Part shown: one piece after another, positions 55,743-64,000 of the stretch
Layout: the number at the start of each line of letters is the position of its first letter
Numbering within the stretch: the stretch's first letter is position 1
Source: Nitrososphaeria archaeon
GTDB lineage: Archaea; Thermoproteota; Nitrososphaeria; Nitrososphaerales; JAAOZN01
Direction of reading: 5' to 3'
Assembly (NCBI GenBank): GCA_029775855.1
Contig: JARVJZ010000002.1
Span: 192,001 to 256,000 of the forward strand
DNA: 64,000 nt
Position numbers and translations under genes: made by a program
The notes under the pieces: model-generated
What the model was told of the DNA's origin: nothing
Seen by the model: the letters and a program-made list of their open reading frames with translations, nothing else
Database searches by the model: none

Positions 55743-56945
55743 TTGATGAAGGGTAGAGTTGCTGTAGTAGGGTATGGTGAGACTCCTTACGATAGGGCTA
55801 GAGTTGAAAGGGGTCAGCCTAGGTTGACCGCTGAAGAGTATGCTAGTTGGGCTATGGATCTAGCATTAAAAAGCGCGGGGCTTTCGAAATCTGATTTTGA
55901 TGGACAGGGTTTAGGTGTAGCTGGCACAATATATCCTCACGCTGAGATCTGGTCTGCTGAAGTAGCGCAGAACCTCGGCATAACACCTAAGATGATTATA
56001 AGAGCAGACCAAGGGGGCGCCGCGGCTGCAGCCCTGCTTACCCAAGGCGCCTTAGCTATAAACGCTGGCATTGTGGATATGTTTCTATGTATTGTAGCAG
56101 ACGCACCTCTTTCAATACCTACCGCTAGCGCTTCTGGTGCTAGAACCTGGAGATATGAGAATGACTATATGCTTCCCTTTGGTATGATGGGACCTAACAG
56201 CATATTTGCCTTCATAATGAGGAGGCATATGCATCAGTATGGGACAAAGAGGGAGCATACGGGTAAGATAGCTATAACGCAAAGGTATCATGCTTCGATG
56301 AATCCTGTTGCGTATCTTAAGGCGCCTATGACTATGGATGAGTATTTGAGTTCGAGGGTTATCGCTGACCCTATACATCTGCTTGACTGCTGCATTTCCG
56401 TGAACGGTGGCTTAGCATTTATTTTAGCATCAAAAGAGAAGGCGAAGGAGATCACAGATAAACCTGTTTATCTGCTTGGCTTCGGCGAATGCAACAACTA
56501 TACCCACGGCTCAAAGAATAGACCAGACGTGACCTACTTGGGGATAGTAAAGGCAGCGCCAGATGCATACAAAATGGCTGGGATCAAGCCTCAAGACGCC
56601 TCTTTCGTAGAGATCTACGACGATTATACAATAGCGGTGCTTATGCAGCTAGAAGATCTAGGCTTCTGCAAAAAAGGTGAAGGAGGAAAGTTTGTTGAGC
56701 AGACTGACATCTCTATAAACGGGCAGCTACCAGTCAACACACACGGCGGACAACTATCAGCAGGTCAAGCGGGAATAGGTGGTGGATGCTCACATATTGT
56801 AGAGGCGGTTAGACAGTTGAGGGAGGAAGCTGGGCAACGCCAAGTTAAAGACCCAAAAATCGGCATAGTCACCGCTATAGGTGGATTAGCTTACGGGGTT
56901 AACTTGGTGCATAATGTAGTTATGGTCTTCGGTAGGGAGGTGTAA
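55743..56945 (+). CDS. Thiolase-like protein (SCP-x/Ltp2 type), no catalytic Cys
   Basis: A..NP.A, P..LLDCC....GG.A, EIYDDYT...L.QLEDLGFC.KGEGG, P.NTHGG.LS, EAVRQLR..AG.RQV. Confidence 0.85.
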   Translation: MMKGRVAVVGYGETPYDRARVERGQPRLTAEEYASWAMDLALKSAGLSKSDFDGQGLGVAGTIYPHAEIWSAEVAQNLGITPKMIIRADQGGAAAAALLTQGALAINAGIVDMFLCIVADAPLSIPTASASGARTWRYENDYMLPFGMMGPNSIFAFIMRRHMHQYGTKREHTGKIAITQRYHASMNPVAYLKAPMTMDEYLSSRVIADPIHLLDCCISVNGGLAFILASKEKAKEITDKPVYLLGFGECNNYTHGSKNRPDVTYLGIVKAAPDAYKMAGIKPQDASFVEIYDDYTIAVLMQLEDLGFCKKGEGGKFVEQTDISINGQLPVNTHGGQLSAGQAGIGGGCSHIVEAVRQLREEAGQRQVKDPKIGIVTAIGGLAYGVNLVHNVVMVFGREV

Positions 56946-56951
56946 AGAAGT

Positions 56952-57401
56952 ATGTCAGCATCTTCAGAAACAGCTGAACAGTATTGGTCTTGGACTAAGC
57001 CTGAGATTACTTCACTAAATAAGCCGTTCTGGGATGGGTTAAGAAGGCGTGAACTACTAATACAGAGATGCAAAAAGTGTGGTGAGTATCAATGGTATGC
57101 TAGAGCCAACTGCATCCACTGCGGCTCAAGAGAACTAGAGTGGGTCAAGTCAAGCGGTAAAGGCAAGATCTACTCCTACACCATCATAAACATGGTTGTA
57201 GGAAATTCACCCATCTTCAACAAAGAGCTACCTTATGCAGTGGCTTTAGTCGAGCTGGATGAAGGGCCAAGAATGTATGCGATGATGACTGACTGCTATC
57301 TAAGCGACGTTAAGATAGATGCTCCTGTGGAAGTGGTCTTCAAGGATGTAGCCCCAGATCTAACCATACCTATGTTCAGACCAGTAAAGAGTCAAGAATA
57401 A
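56952..57401 (+). CDS. DUF35 Zn-ribbon/OB-fold protein
   Basis: PFW.G....L.IQRC..CG....R..C..CGS..LEW..SSG.G..YSYT, PY..A.VELDEG.R. Confidence 0.92.
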   Translation: MSASSETAEQYWSWTKPEITSLNKPFWDGLRRRELLIQRCKKCGEYQWYARANCIHCGSRELEWVKSSGKGKIYSYTIINMVVGNSPIFNKELPYAVALVELDEGPRMYAMMTDCYLSDVKIDAPVEVVFKDVAPDLTIPMFRPVKSQE

Positions 57402-57411
57402 GGGGCGCTCC

Positions 57412-57693
57412 TTACCCTCCTGCTATAAGGGGTGCTATAGAGACTTCATCCCCATCGTTTAGAAGATAAGCTAAGTCGTCGGCAGCTTTGCCGTTAATTA
57501 GGAGCATAACGAGTGGTTTAAACTCACCATCTCTATCATAGAATAGATTACGTAGTGAAGCGTTATACTTTAACAGTAAGAAGTCAATTAGATTTTTTAA
57601 TGTAGCGGTGTCTTCTAAAGATATAACCTCAGATTTTTTGCGTGTAGCAGAGGAGGATGAGCCGAAATATCTTACAGTAACGCTCTTCATCAC
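57412..57693 (-). CDS. MoaD/ThiS/SAMP ubiquitin-like sulfur carrier
   Basis: V.YFG, L..L, NG, L.DGDEV...P.IAGG with C-terminal diglycine. Confidence 0.9.
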   Translation of the reverse strand: MMKSVTVRYFGSSSSATRKKSEVISLEDTATLKNLIDFLLLKYNASLRNLFYDRDGEFKPLVMLLINGKAADDLAYLLNDGDEVSIAPLIAGG

Positions 57694-57835
57694 ATCATCC
57701 TATGACAATACATGTTAAAGGATGTTTTATCCATTACTGTTCTAATAAGATTTAGTAAACTGCTTCTGTTTGCTTCAGCAAAAGGTAATAATAGGGGTTA
57801 GGTATATATCGTAACAGAGACGGGTGCAAAATTAA

Positions 57836-58324
57836 ATGAAGATTTTAGATGTTTTCCCTGAGAGATGTACAGGATGCCAAGCTTGTATGCTAGCTTGCAG
57901 CTTCGCTACTGTAGGTGCCTTCTCCTTAACAAAAGCGAGGATCAGGGTTGCAAAATTTGAGGAGGATGGTGTAGATGTCCCTATGCCTTGTTTTCACTGT
58001 GAGAAGGCTCCTTGCTTAGCGGTATGTCCGACGAGAGCGCTCTACCGTGATAGGGATACTGATGCGGTGATGCTAGATCAAAACAAGTGTATAGGTTGTA
58101 GGCTTTGTATGATCGCTTGCCCCTTTGGCGCTATACATTATGATGGCGTCAATAAGATTGTGTATAAATGTGACTTGTGTTATGGGGACCCTGCTTGCGT
58201 GAAGTTCTGCGAAACAAAAGCAATAGTTTACGATACGCCAGAAAGGCTTGCCCAGCTAAGGTGGGAGGGCAAAGCGCATGAAGTTGCTGCAGCGGTCAAG
58301 GAGAAGGCTTTAGTAAGGAGGTGA
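57836..58324 (+). CDS. 4x[4Fe-4S] electron-transfer subunit of AOR
   Basis: Four Cys clusters (CTGC..C..AC, C.HC..APC...CP, CIGC..C..ACP, KCDLC.GDP.C...C); overlaps the aor start. Confidence 0.9.
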   Translation: MKILDVFPERCTGCQACMLACSFATVGAFSLTKARIRVAKFEEDGVDVPMPCFHCEKAPCLAVCPTRALYRDRDTDAVMLDQNKCIGCRLCMIACPFGAIHYDGVNKIVYKCDLCYGDPACVKFCETKAIVYDTPERLAQLRWEGKAHEVAAAVKEKALVRR

Positions 58325-60330
58325 AGAATGTGAATAAATTCAAATATGGCGGTTATGCAGGACAGCAGCTTAGAATAGACTTAACCAAGGGTCAGATAAA
58401 GAAGGTACCTCAATCGGAAGATGAATGTGCTCTTTACCTAGGTGGTAGAGGGTTAGATGCCAAAATCCTTTACAACGAGCTGCCAGTAGATGCAGATCCA
58501 CTCGGTCCGGATAACATACTTTGTTTCTCAGCTGGACCTATCGTTGGGTTGCTTGGTCCTACTACAGGTAGGATGAATGTTGCAGCCAAGTCTCCTCTTA
58601 CTGGGATTTATGGTAACTCGAATGTTGGAGCGTACTTAGGTGCTGAGTTGAAGATGTCTGGTTACGATGATGTTATCTTAAAGGGTAGGGCTGAGAAACC
58701 GTCTTATATTTATGTGCATGATGATGTGGTTGAGATCAGAGATGCTTCACATCTATGGGGGAAGAATGTTATTGAGACAACTAGAATCCTACAAGAGGAT
58801 TTGGGTGAAGAATTTAGAGTGGCAGCTGTAGGGCAAGCAGCTGAGAATGGTGTACTCTTCGCCAACATAATGTTTGATTATTGGGAGGCTGCTGGAAGAA
58901 CTGGTTTAGGCGCTGTTATGGCCTCTAAAAACATCAAAGCTATTGCTGCTAAAGGTACTGGAGAACTTTCTGTGCATGACCCTAAACGGTATCTGGAAGT
59001 AGCTACTGAAGCTTGGAAGGCGGTAGAAGAAGATCCAGGTTTTCAAACAGGTGAACATTCAGCGCTAGGCACTTCGGTTGTGCTTATGTTGGGCAATGTT
59101 CAGGGTTGGCTTCCAGTCAGAAACTTTTTGGAGAACTACTTCGAATACGCTGAGAATATAAGCGCTGAAGAGTTTAGAGATAGGTTCTCTACTAAGAAAA
59201 CCCCAATTCCGGGTGGTAGGGCTTGCATGTCTTGTCCTAATAGGTGTAAGAGGTATGGTGTTATAGAATCTGGTAAGTATATTGGCACTAAAGGTGGTTT
59301 AGAGTTTGAGGCTACTGGCGGATTTGGCTCTAAGTGTGGTGTAGGAGAGCTGGAAGCAGTATTTCACGCAGCTATGCTTGCTAATGACTATGGGATGGAT
59401 GCTATCTCTCTAAGTAGCACGATAGCTTTTCTCATGGAGATGAGAGAAAAGGGGCTGGTATCAAAAGAGGACCTTGATGGTGTGGATCTGCGGTTCGGTA
59501 ACGCTGATGCGATGATAGATGCAATACATAAGATCGGTAAAGTGGAGGGAAATCTTGGTAAGCTTGGCTCTATGGGTGTAGATAGGGCTGCTAAGGCTAT
59601 AGGAAACGGTGCTGAACGATGGGTTACAACCGTTAAAGGGCTTGAGACCATATCAACTGATCCAAGAGTCTCGACAGGCTTCGGTTTTGGATATGCTGTT
59701 GCAAGTAGAGGGTCAGACCACCTTAGAGCACATCCAGTAATAGAGATGGTTACACCTTACAGGAAGGTTGCTGAAGAGCTCTTTGGTTCCCCAGAAGTCT
59801 GCACATTAGCTAAATATGGTGGTCGAGCTAAGATGGTATATTGGCATGAAAATATGGCTGCGATAACTGACTCCATAGGCTCCTGTAGGTTTATGCACGC
59901 ATCTTACTATGCCCTCTACCCTATACCAGAAATGATGGCTAAATACGGTTTAAGACGCGGAAAAGAAGTGCATTCCATAAAATACCACGAGTGGATCTCA
60001 GCAGCAACTGGTATACCACTAACATATGAGGATCTTGTGGCAACAGGAGAACGCATAGTCACATTAGAGAGAGCGTTAAACACAAAATTTGGCATAAGAA
60101 GGCAGCACGACACACTACCAAGACGATTCCTCGAAGAACCCGTAGCTAATGGTCCATACAAGGGCGCTGTATTCAAAAAAGAGGCACTCGAAGCCCTACT
60201 TGACGAATACTATGATCTAAGAGGATGGGACAAAACTACTGGCTTAATAAAAGAAGGAACACTTAAGAGATTACGCATGCTCGATATTTATGAAGATCTT
60301 AAGAAGCTTGGGCTATTAGCAGGAGGCTGA
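58321..60330 (+). CDS. aor: Tungsten aldehyde:ferredoxin oxidoreductase family protein (second paralog)
   Basis: KSPLTG, GR.G.GAVM.SKN.KA, C.SC...C, EFE, D.G.D.IS, DPR, RG.DH, EYY..RGWD. Confidence 0.93.
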   Translation: MKNVNKFKYGGYAGQQLRIDLTKGQIKKVPQSEDECALYLGGRGLDAKILYNELPVDADPLGPDNILCFSAGPIVGLLGPTTGRMNVAAKSPLTGIYGNSNVGAYLGAELKMSGYDDVILKGRAEKPSYIYVHDDVVEIRDASHLWGKNVIETTRILQEDLGEEFRVAAVGQAAENGVLFANIMFDYWEAAGRTGLGAVMASKNIKAIAAKGTGELSVHDPKRYLEVATEAWKAVEEDPGFQTGEHSALGTSVVLMLGNVQGWLPVRNFLENYFEYAENISAEEFRDRFSTKKTPIPGGRACMSCPNRCKRYGVIESGKYIGTKGGLEFEATGGFGSKCGVGELEAVFHAAMLANDYGMDAISLSSTIAFLMEMREKGLVSKEDLDGVDLRFGNADAMIDAIHKIGKVEGNLGKLGSMGVDRAAKAIGNGAERWVTTVKGLETISTDPRVSTGFGFGYAVASRGSDHLRAHPVIEMVTPYRKVAEELFGSPEVCTLAKYGGRAKMVYWHENMAAITDSIGSCRFMHASYYALYPIPEMMAKYGLRRGKEVHSIKYHEWISAATGIPLTYEDLVATGERIVTLERALNTKFGIRRQHDTLPRRFLEEPVANGPYKGAVFKKEALEALLDEYYDLRGWDKTTGLIKEGTLKRLRMLDIYEDLKKLGLLAGG

Positions 60331-60335
60331 GTAGA

Positions 60336-60500
60336 ATGCCTATATGCAGAATCTGCAACACGCGCATAGATCTTACACAGAAGGGGGTAAGAGCATACAA
60401 GTGTAGAGTATGCGGTAAGACAGTTTGTCCTCGTCATATTGACGTTGCTAGGATGATGTGCACAGAATGCGTGGCGATGTTAGCGAAGCCAAAAATTTGA
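60336..60500 (+). CDS. 54-aa double zinc-finger microprotein (below the ORF-track cutoff)
   Basis: MPICRICNTRIDLTQKGVRAYKCRVCGKTVCPRHIDVARMMCTECVAMLAKPKI has CxxC/CxxC/CxxH/CxxC; GGAGG upstream, 5 nt after the aor stop. Confidence 0.75.
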   Translation: MPICRICNTRIDLTQKGVRAYKCRVCGKTVCPRHIDVARMMCTECVAMLAKPKI

Positions 60501-60613
60501 GTTCAGCTCATAAGATATACAGAATTTTTGGTTAGCTTCGCTAATTTTTTTAGACTATATTTTTTAAACGCTATGTTAATATTTATTAAGGGGTTTTCAG
60601 TGATTAAAGTTCG

Positions 60614-62107
60614 ATGAATATGAATAGGAAGAGTTCATCAGCAGTAACGAAACTAGAAACTGGATTAGTGGTTGTCGTCATAATCTTGGCTATAGTGGCT
60701 GGCGTAGGATATTGGCAAGCATCTACAATAGCACCAGTCACGACAACAATAACTTCAACAACAACAAGAACACAGACAGTAACGCAGACATCAACTGCCA
60801 CACAAACTGTGACTACAACGTTGGCTCCTGGTGCTGCAGCCACAGTCACACAGACCATCACGCAGCCACCAACGACAGTAACGGCTACAGTAACAGAACG
60901 CGCAACTGCTACAGTTACACTCACACAGCCTGTAACTACAACACTAACAACGACAGTGACTGCTGCAGCAAAGCCGCCTGAACCCATCAAAATAGGAGTC
61001 CTCTTCCCACTCACAGGAGCAGCTGCGCCGATGGGCGAAGGGCACGTCAAAGGAATACAACTCGCTGCAGACATCGTAAACAATGTTTGGGGTGGAATAC
61101 CTACCTTAGGGGGAGCTAAGATAGAGCTCGTGATAGCAGACACTACTACAGATCCTAAGGTAGCCGCATCTGAAGCTGAGCGGTTAATAACCAAGGAGAA
61201 GGTTGTAGGAATATTAGGTGCTTACAGAAGCGCTGATACACTACCAGCGACTGAAGTTGCAGAGAGGTATGGTATACCCTTTGTTGTCAGCGCAGGGCAT
61301 CCTTTGATAACTGCGCGGGGCTTCAAATATGTCTTCAGAGCCCACCCGCCGGTAGTTCCTACAACCAACTGGGCTGTAGATCTGGTGAAGAATGTGATGG
61401 GGTATCAAACCGCAGCTATTCTTTGTGAAAACTCAGCTATGGGTCAATCTATGTATAACATGTCGTTAAGTAGAGCGAAGGCGATTGGGCTACAAGTTGT
61501 GCATAGCGAGCTATATAGCTCTGCTGCTCCAGACCTTTCACCAATGCTTCTAAAAGTTAAAGCCGCCAACCCTGATGCTATAATAGCTGGTTCCTATCTT
61601 ACAGATGCTGTGCTGATGGTGAAGCAGCTGCATGAATATGACGTGAACGTCAAGGCGGTTGTATTTATAGGTGGTGGCGTGCCACCTGAGAAGTTTCTGG
61701 AGTTGGCTGGAAAAGATGCCGAATATGTATTACTTACTGGTTTATGGAACCATGATTCTAAGCGTCCATCGAGCGTAGAGTTCATTAAAGCGTGGCAAGC
61801 AAAGTATGGTGCAGGCAGCTTACCAGATCAAATGGCATCCGAAGGATATGAGTCTGCTGTAGTGCTATTCGATGCAATAATGCGTGCACGCTCAACCAAC
61901 CCTGAAGCTATACGCGATGCGCTTACGAAGACCCAGCTCATAAGCATCTCAGGACCTATTGAGTTCGATGTAAGAGGAGAGAACAAGTATGGCTATGCTA
62001 ACACACATATTTTACAAGTTCAAGGTGGTAAATGGGTTACTGTCTTGCCAGCTGAAGCAGCCACAGCGACACTCGTAACACCTATGCCGCCGTGGAGCGC
62101 TAGATAA
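60614..62107 (+). CDS. Branched-chain amino acid ABC substrate-binding protein with N-terminal anchor and Thr-rich linker
   Basis: Short basic leader plus TM (class III-like signal), Thr/Val-rich linker, IKIG...PLTG..A..G, IN..GG, Y.FR, G.I.FD..G. Confidence 0.9.
   Translation: MNMNRKSSSAVTKLETGLVVVVIILAIVAGVGYWQASTIAPVTTTITSTTTRTQTVTQTSTATQTVTTTLAPGAAATVTQTITQPPTTVTATVTERATATVTLTQPVTTTLTTTVTAAAKPPEPIKIGVLFPLTGAAAPMGEGHVKGIQLAADIVNNVWGGIPTLGGAKIELVIADTTTDPKVAASEAERLITKEKVVGILGAYRSADTLPATEVAERYGIPFVVSAGHPLITARGFKYVFRAHPPVVPTTNWAVDLVKNVMGYQTAAILCENSAMGQSMYNMSLSRAKAIGLQVVHSELYSSAAPDLSPMLLKVKAANPDAIIAGSYLTDAVLMVKQLHEYDVNVKAVVFIGGGVPPEKFLELAGKDAEYVLLTGLWNHDSKRPSSVEFIKAWQAKYGAGSLPDQMASEGYESAVVLFDAIMRARSTNPEAIRDALTKTQLISISGPIEFDVRGENKYGYANTHILQVQGGKWVTVLPAEAATATLVTPMPPWSAR
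60735..60962 (+). repeat. Low-complexity Thr-rich coding linker
   Basis: ACN-rich imperfect repeats encoding TQTVT/TVTAT units. Confidence 0.7.
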
Positions 62108-62132
62108 ACTAAATGCATACTCCTTAGGTGAT

Positions 62133-63002
62133 TTGATGTCGTCGGAGCTGACTGCGCAGATCCTTGTTCAAGGGCTGATGATAGGCGGCATCTACGCCTT
62201 GGCTGCTACTGGGCTAACGTTGATAGCTGGTGTGATGAACATAATCAACATAGCGCATGGTGAGCTTATGATGCTCGCCATGTACACAACCTATTTTTTG
62301 TATACAATCTTTGGTGTTGACCCTCTTTTAAGCGTCTTTGTGACTTTACCTTTATTCTTTGTGATAGGCTGCTTTCTGCAGAGGTTTTGTATAGAGCGTC
62401 TGCTTACTGGGCCTCCTATGAGCGTTATCATTTTTGCAGCTGGTCTTCTCTTCTTCGCCCAAAATTTTGCGGCATTTTGGTGGACTCAGGATTTTAAGGT
62501 TTTAAGAGGATACGCTACTCTAACTTTTGATTTTATGGGGCTTAAGTTTACTACAACTAGACTTGCTATCTTGTTTGCAGCTATTCTAGTGACTGTTTTA
62601 CTTTACATATTTTTATCTAAGACTAGGATGGGGCGAGCTATTAGAGCTACATCTCAAAATATTGAGTCTGCTGCTTTAATGGGTGTTAATGTAAAGAGGG
62701 TTAGGGTTATTGCGTTTGGATTGGGGGTAGCACTAGCTGGGCTAGCAGGTTCCCTTCTCATACCCGTCTACTATCTTTACCCCGCAGTAGGTACACCTTT
62801 TAGCGTAATGGCTTTAATAGTTGTGTTTTTAGGGGGCATGGGTAGCGTATTCGGCGCACTTATAGGTGGGCTTGCCCTTGGGATAATAGAAGCGTTTACA
62901 GGTTTCTATCTTGCACTTGAGTTGAAGGATATAGCTGCGTTCATAGCCTTCATCATAATACTGCTTGTTAGACCATGGGGGTTATTTGGGAGGAAGGAGT
63001 AA
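62133..63002 (+). CDS. livH: Branched-chain amino acid ABC permease LivH
   Basis: GG.YAL.A.GLTLI.GV..IIN.AHG, T..GRAIRA..QN...A.LMG.N, LGG.GS..G, RP.GLFG. Confidence 0.92.
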   Translation: MMSSELTAQILVQGLMIGGIYALAATGLTLIAGVMNIINIAHGELMMLAMYTTYFLYTIFGVDPLLSVFVTLPLFFVIGCFLQRFCIERLLTGPPMSVIIFAAGLLFFAQNFAAFWWTQDFKVLRGYATLTFDFMGLKFTTTRLAILFAAILVTVLLYIFLSKTRMGRAIRATSQNIESAALMGVNVKRVRVIAFGLGVALAGLAGSLLIPVYYLYPAVGTPFSVMALIVVFLGGMGSVFGALIGGLALGIIEAFTGFYLALELKDIAAFIAFIIILLVRPWGLFGRKE

Positions 63003-63965
63003 ATGACTTCGAAAAGAATTAAGATTCTGCTTCTACTAGTAGGCTTAGCGGTGTTGTGCGCTGTACCGTTGTTCATAAATGACCCAACAATACTGCACAT
63101 CTTTATCTACACATTTTTCTTCGCATACTTTGCTGCTGCCTGGAATGTTGTCGGAAGCTATGCTGGTCAACCATCACTTGGGCACGCGATATTTTTTGGT
63201 ATAGGTGGATATACTTCAACAATCTTGTTCATCAACTACGGTATCACACCTTGGCTCGGTATGTTTGTGGGTGCAATATTAGCGGCTTTAGCTGCTTTGG
63301 CATTAGGGTTTCCCACATTCAGAGTTAGGGGACCCTTCTTTGCATTCATAACTTTAGCATTCACGCTACTCATTAGCTTACTCTTCATCTACTTTCATGA
63401 ATACACTGGCGGAGCTACAGGCTTACCTGTTCCTCTAAAGGGAGATGAGCCTCTTCTCTTTCAGTTTAACAGCAAAGCGCCTTACTATTATACAATTTTA
63501 GCGTTTTTTATAGTGATAATGTTTGTTACATATAAGGTTGAGAAGTCTAAGTTTGGCTACTATCTGCTTGCTATACGTGAGGATGAGGATGCTGCTAAAG
63601 CAGTTGGTATACATGTCTTTAAGTATAAGATGATTGCTGCTGCCTTGAGCGCGTTTTTAACAGCGTTTTTAGGTACATTTTATGCTCAATATACGCGTTT
63701 TATTGATCCTCATGAGGCGTTTGGTTTGTGGCGAACCTTTCAACCTATGTTGATATCTGTCTTGGGGGGTTATGGGTTATGGGGTCCTCTTGTTGGTGCA
63801 GCGATATTAACTCCAATAAATGAGAGCATAATCATCATCTTTGGTGGAAGATATGCTACTTTTGGTATGATGTTGTATGGGCTTGCGGTTATGCTGATAA
63901 TGCTCTTTATGCCTAAAGGTATAGTGGGGATATTAAAGCGGGTCTACACACATTTTAGAAGCTAA
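63003..63965 (+). CDS. livM: Branched-chain amino acid ABC permease LivM
   Basis: G..GQ.SLGH..FFG.G.Y, G..FA..TLAF, TGG..G, AIREDE.AA..G, P.G..G. Confidence 0.92.
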   Translation: MTSKRIKILLLLVGLAVLCAVPLFINDPTILHIFIYTFFFAYFAAAWNVVGSYAGQPSLGHAIFFGIGGYTSTILFINYGITPWLGMFVGAILAALAALALGFPTFRVRGPFFAFITLAFTLLISLLFIYFHEYTGGATGLPVPLKGDEPLLFQFNSKAPYYYTILAFFIVIMFVTYKVEKSKFGYYLLAIREDEDAAKAVGIHVFKYKMIAAALSAFLTAFLGTFYAQYTRFIDPHEAFGLWRTFQPMLISVLGGYGLWGPLVGAAILTPINESIIIIFGGRYATFGMMLYGLAVMLIMLFMPKGIVGILKRVYTHFRS

Positions 63966-64000
63966 TGGTGTTTACTGAGCATACGGTAAGCGTATAAAGC

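Noticed and set aside
60735-60962. Repeat array or CRISPR
   Set aside because: These are imperfect ACN codon repeats of a Thr-rich linker; I saw no repeat-spacer array or cas genes anywhere in the window.
83-63100. Numerous 60-210 aa antisense or alternate-frame ORFs in the track (e.g. 5214-5840, 12292-12675, 42828-43238, 60604-61194)
   Set aside because: They are nested opposite or within well-supported genes, are Ser/Leu-rich shadow translations, and have no recognisable motifs.

Overview
Gene-dense archaeal chromosomal window, most consistent with a TACK/Thermoproteota lineage. This placement rests on TFB next to Gar1, ribosomal protein S25e, and a tRNA with D-arm BHB introns; the exact lineage cannot be fixed from this window. 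The gene content suggests an anaerobic peptide/amino-acid fermenter: two tungsten AORs, IorAB, aminotransferases, peptidases, Liv/Dpp/APC transporters, a split glutamate synthase, GrpE-DnaK-DnaJ, a DsrE-TusA-SQR-ArsR sulfur cluster and an HdrB-like gene. The standout is a compact, intact-looking ~4.5 kb head-only module of tailed-virus (HK97-fold) type at 4595-9044: portal, protease/scaffold, cement protein, major capsid protein and two RHH-like regulators. It has a predicted promoter, operators and terminator, but no terminase, tail, integrase, replication gene or att sites, and it sits between ordinary metabolic genes. It is a candidate domesticated capsid system (GTA-like, satellite-like or portal-bearing nanocompartment). 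Other notable items are a ParB-NTF2 fusion with a parS-like palindrome in its promoter, a nucleotidyltransferase/phosphoesterase/APC-permease trio, a chimeric HdrB partner, a two-intron tRNA-Phe, several unannotated microproteins and a 43-bp perfect identity between dppD and dppF. All calls come from reading motifs by eye; no database search was run.
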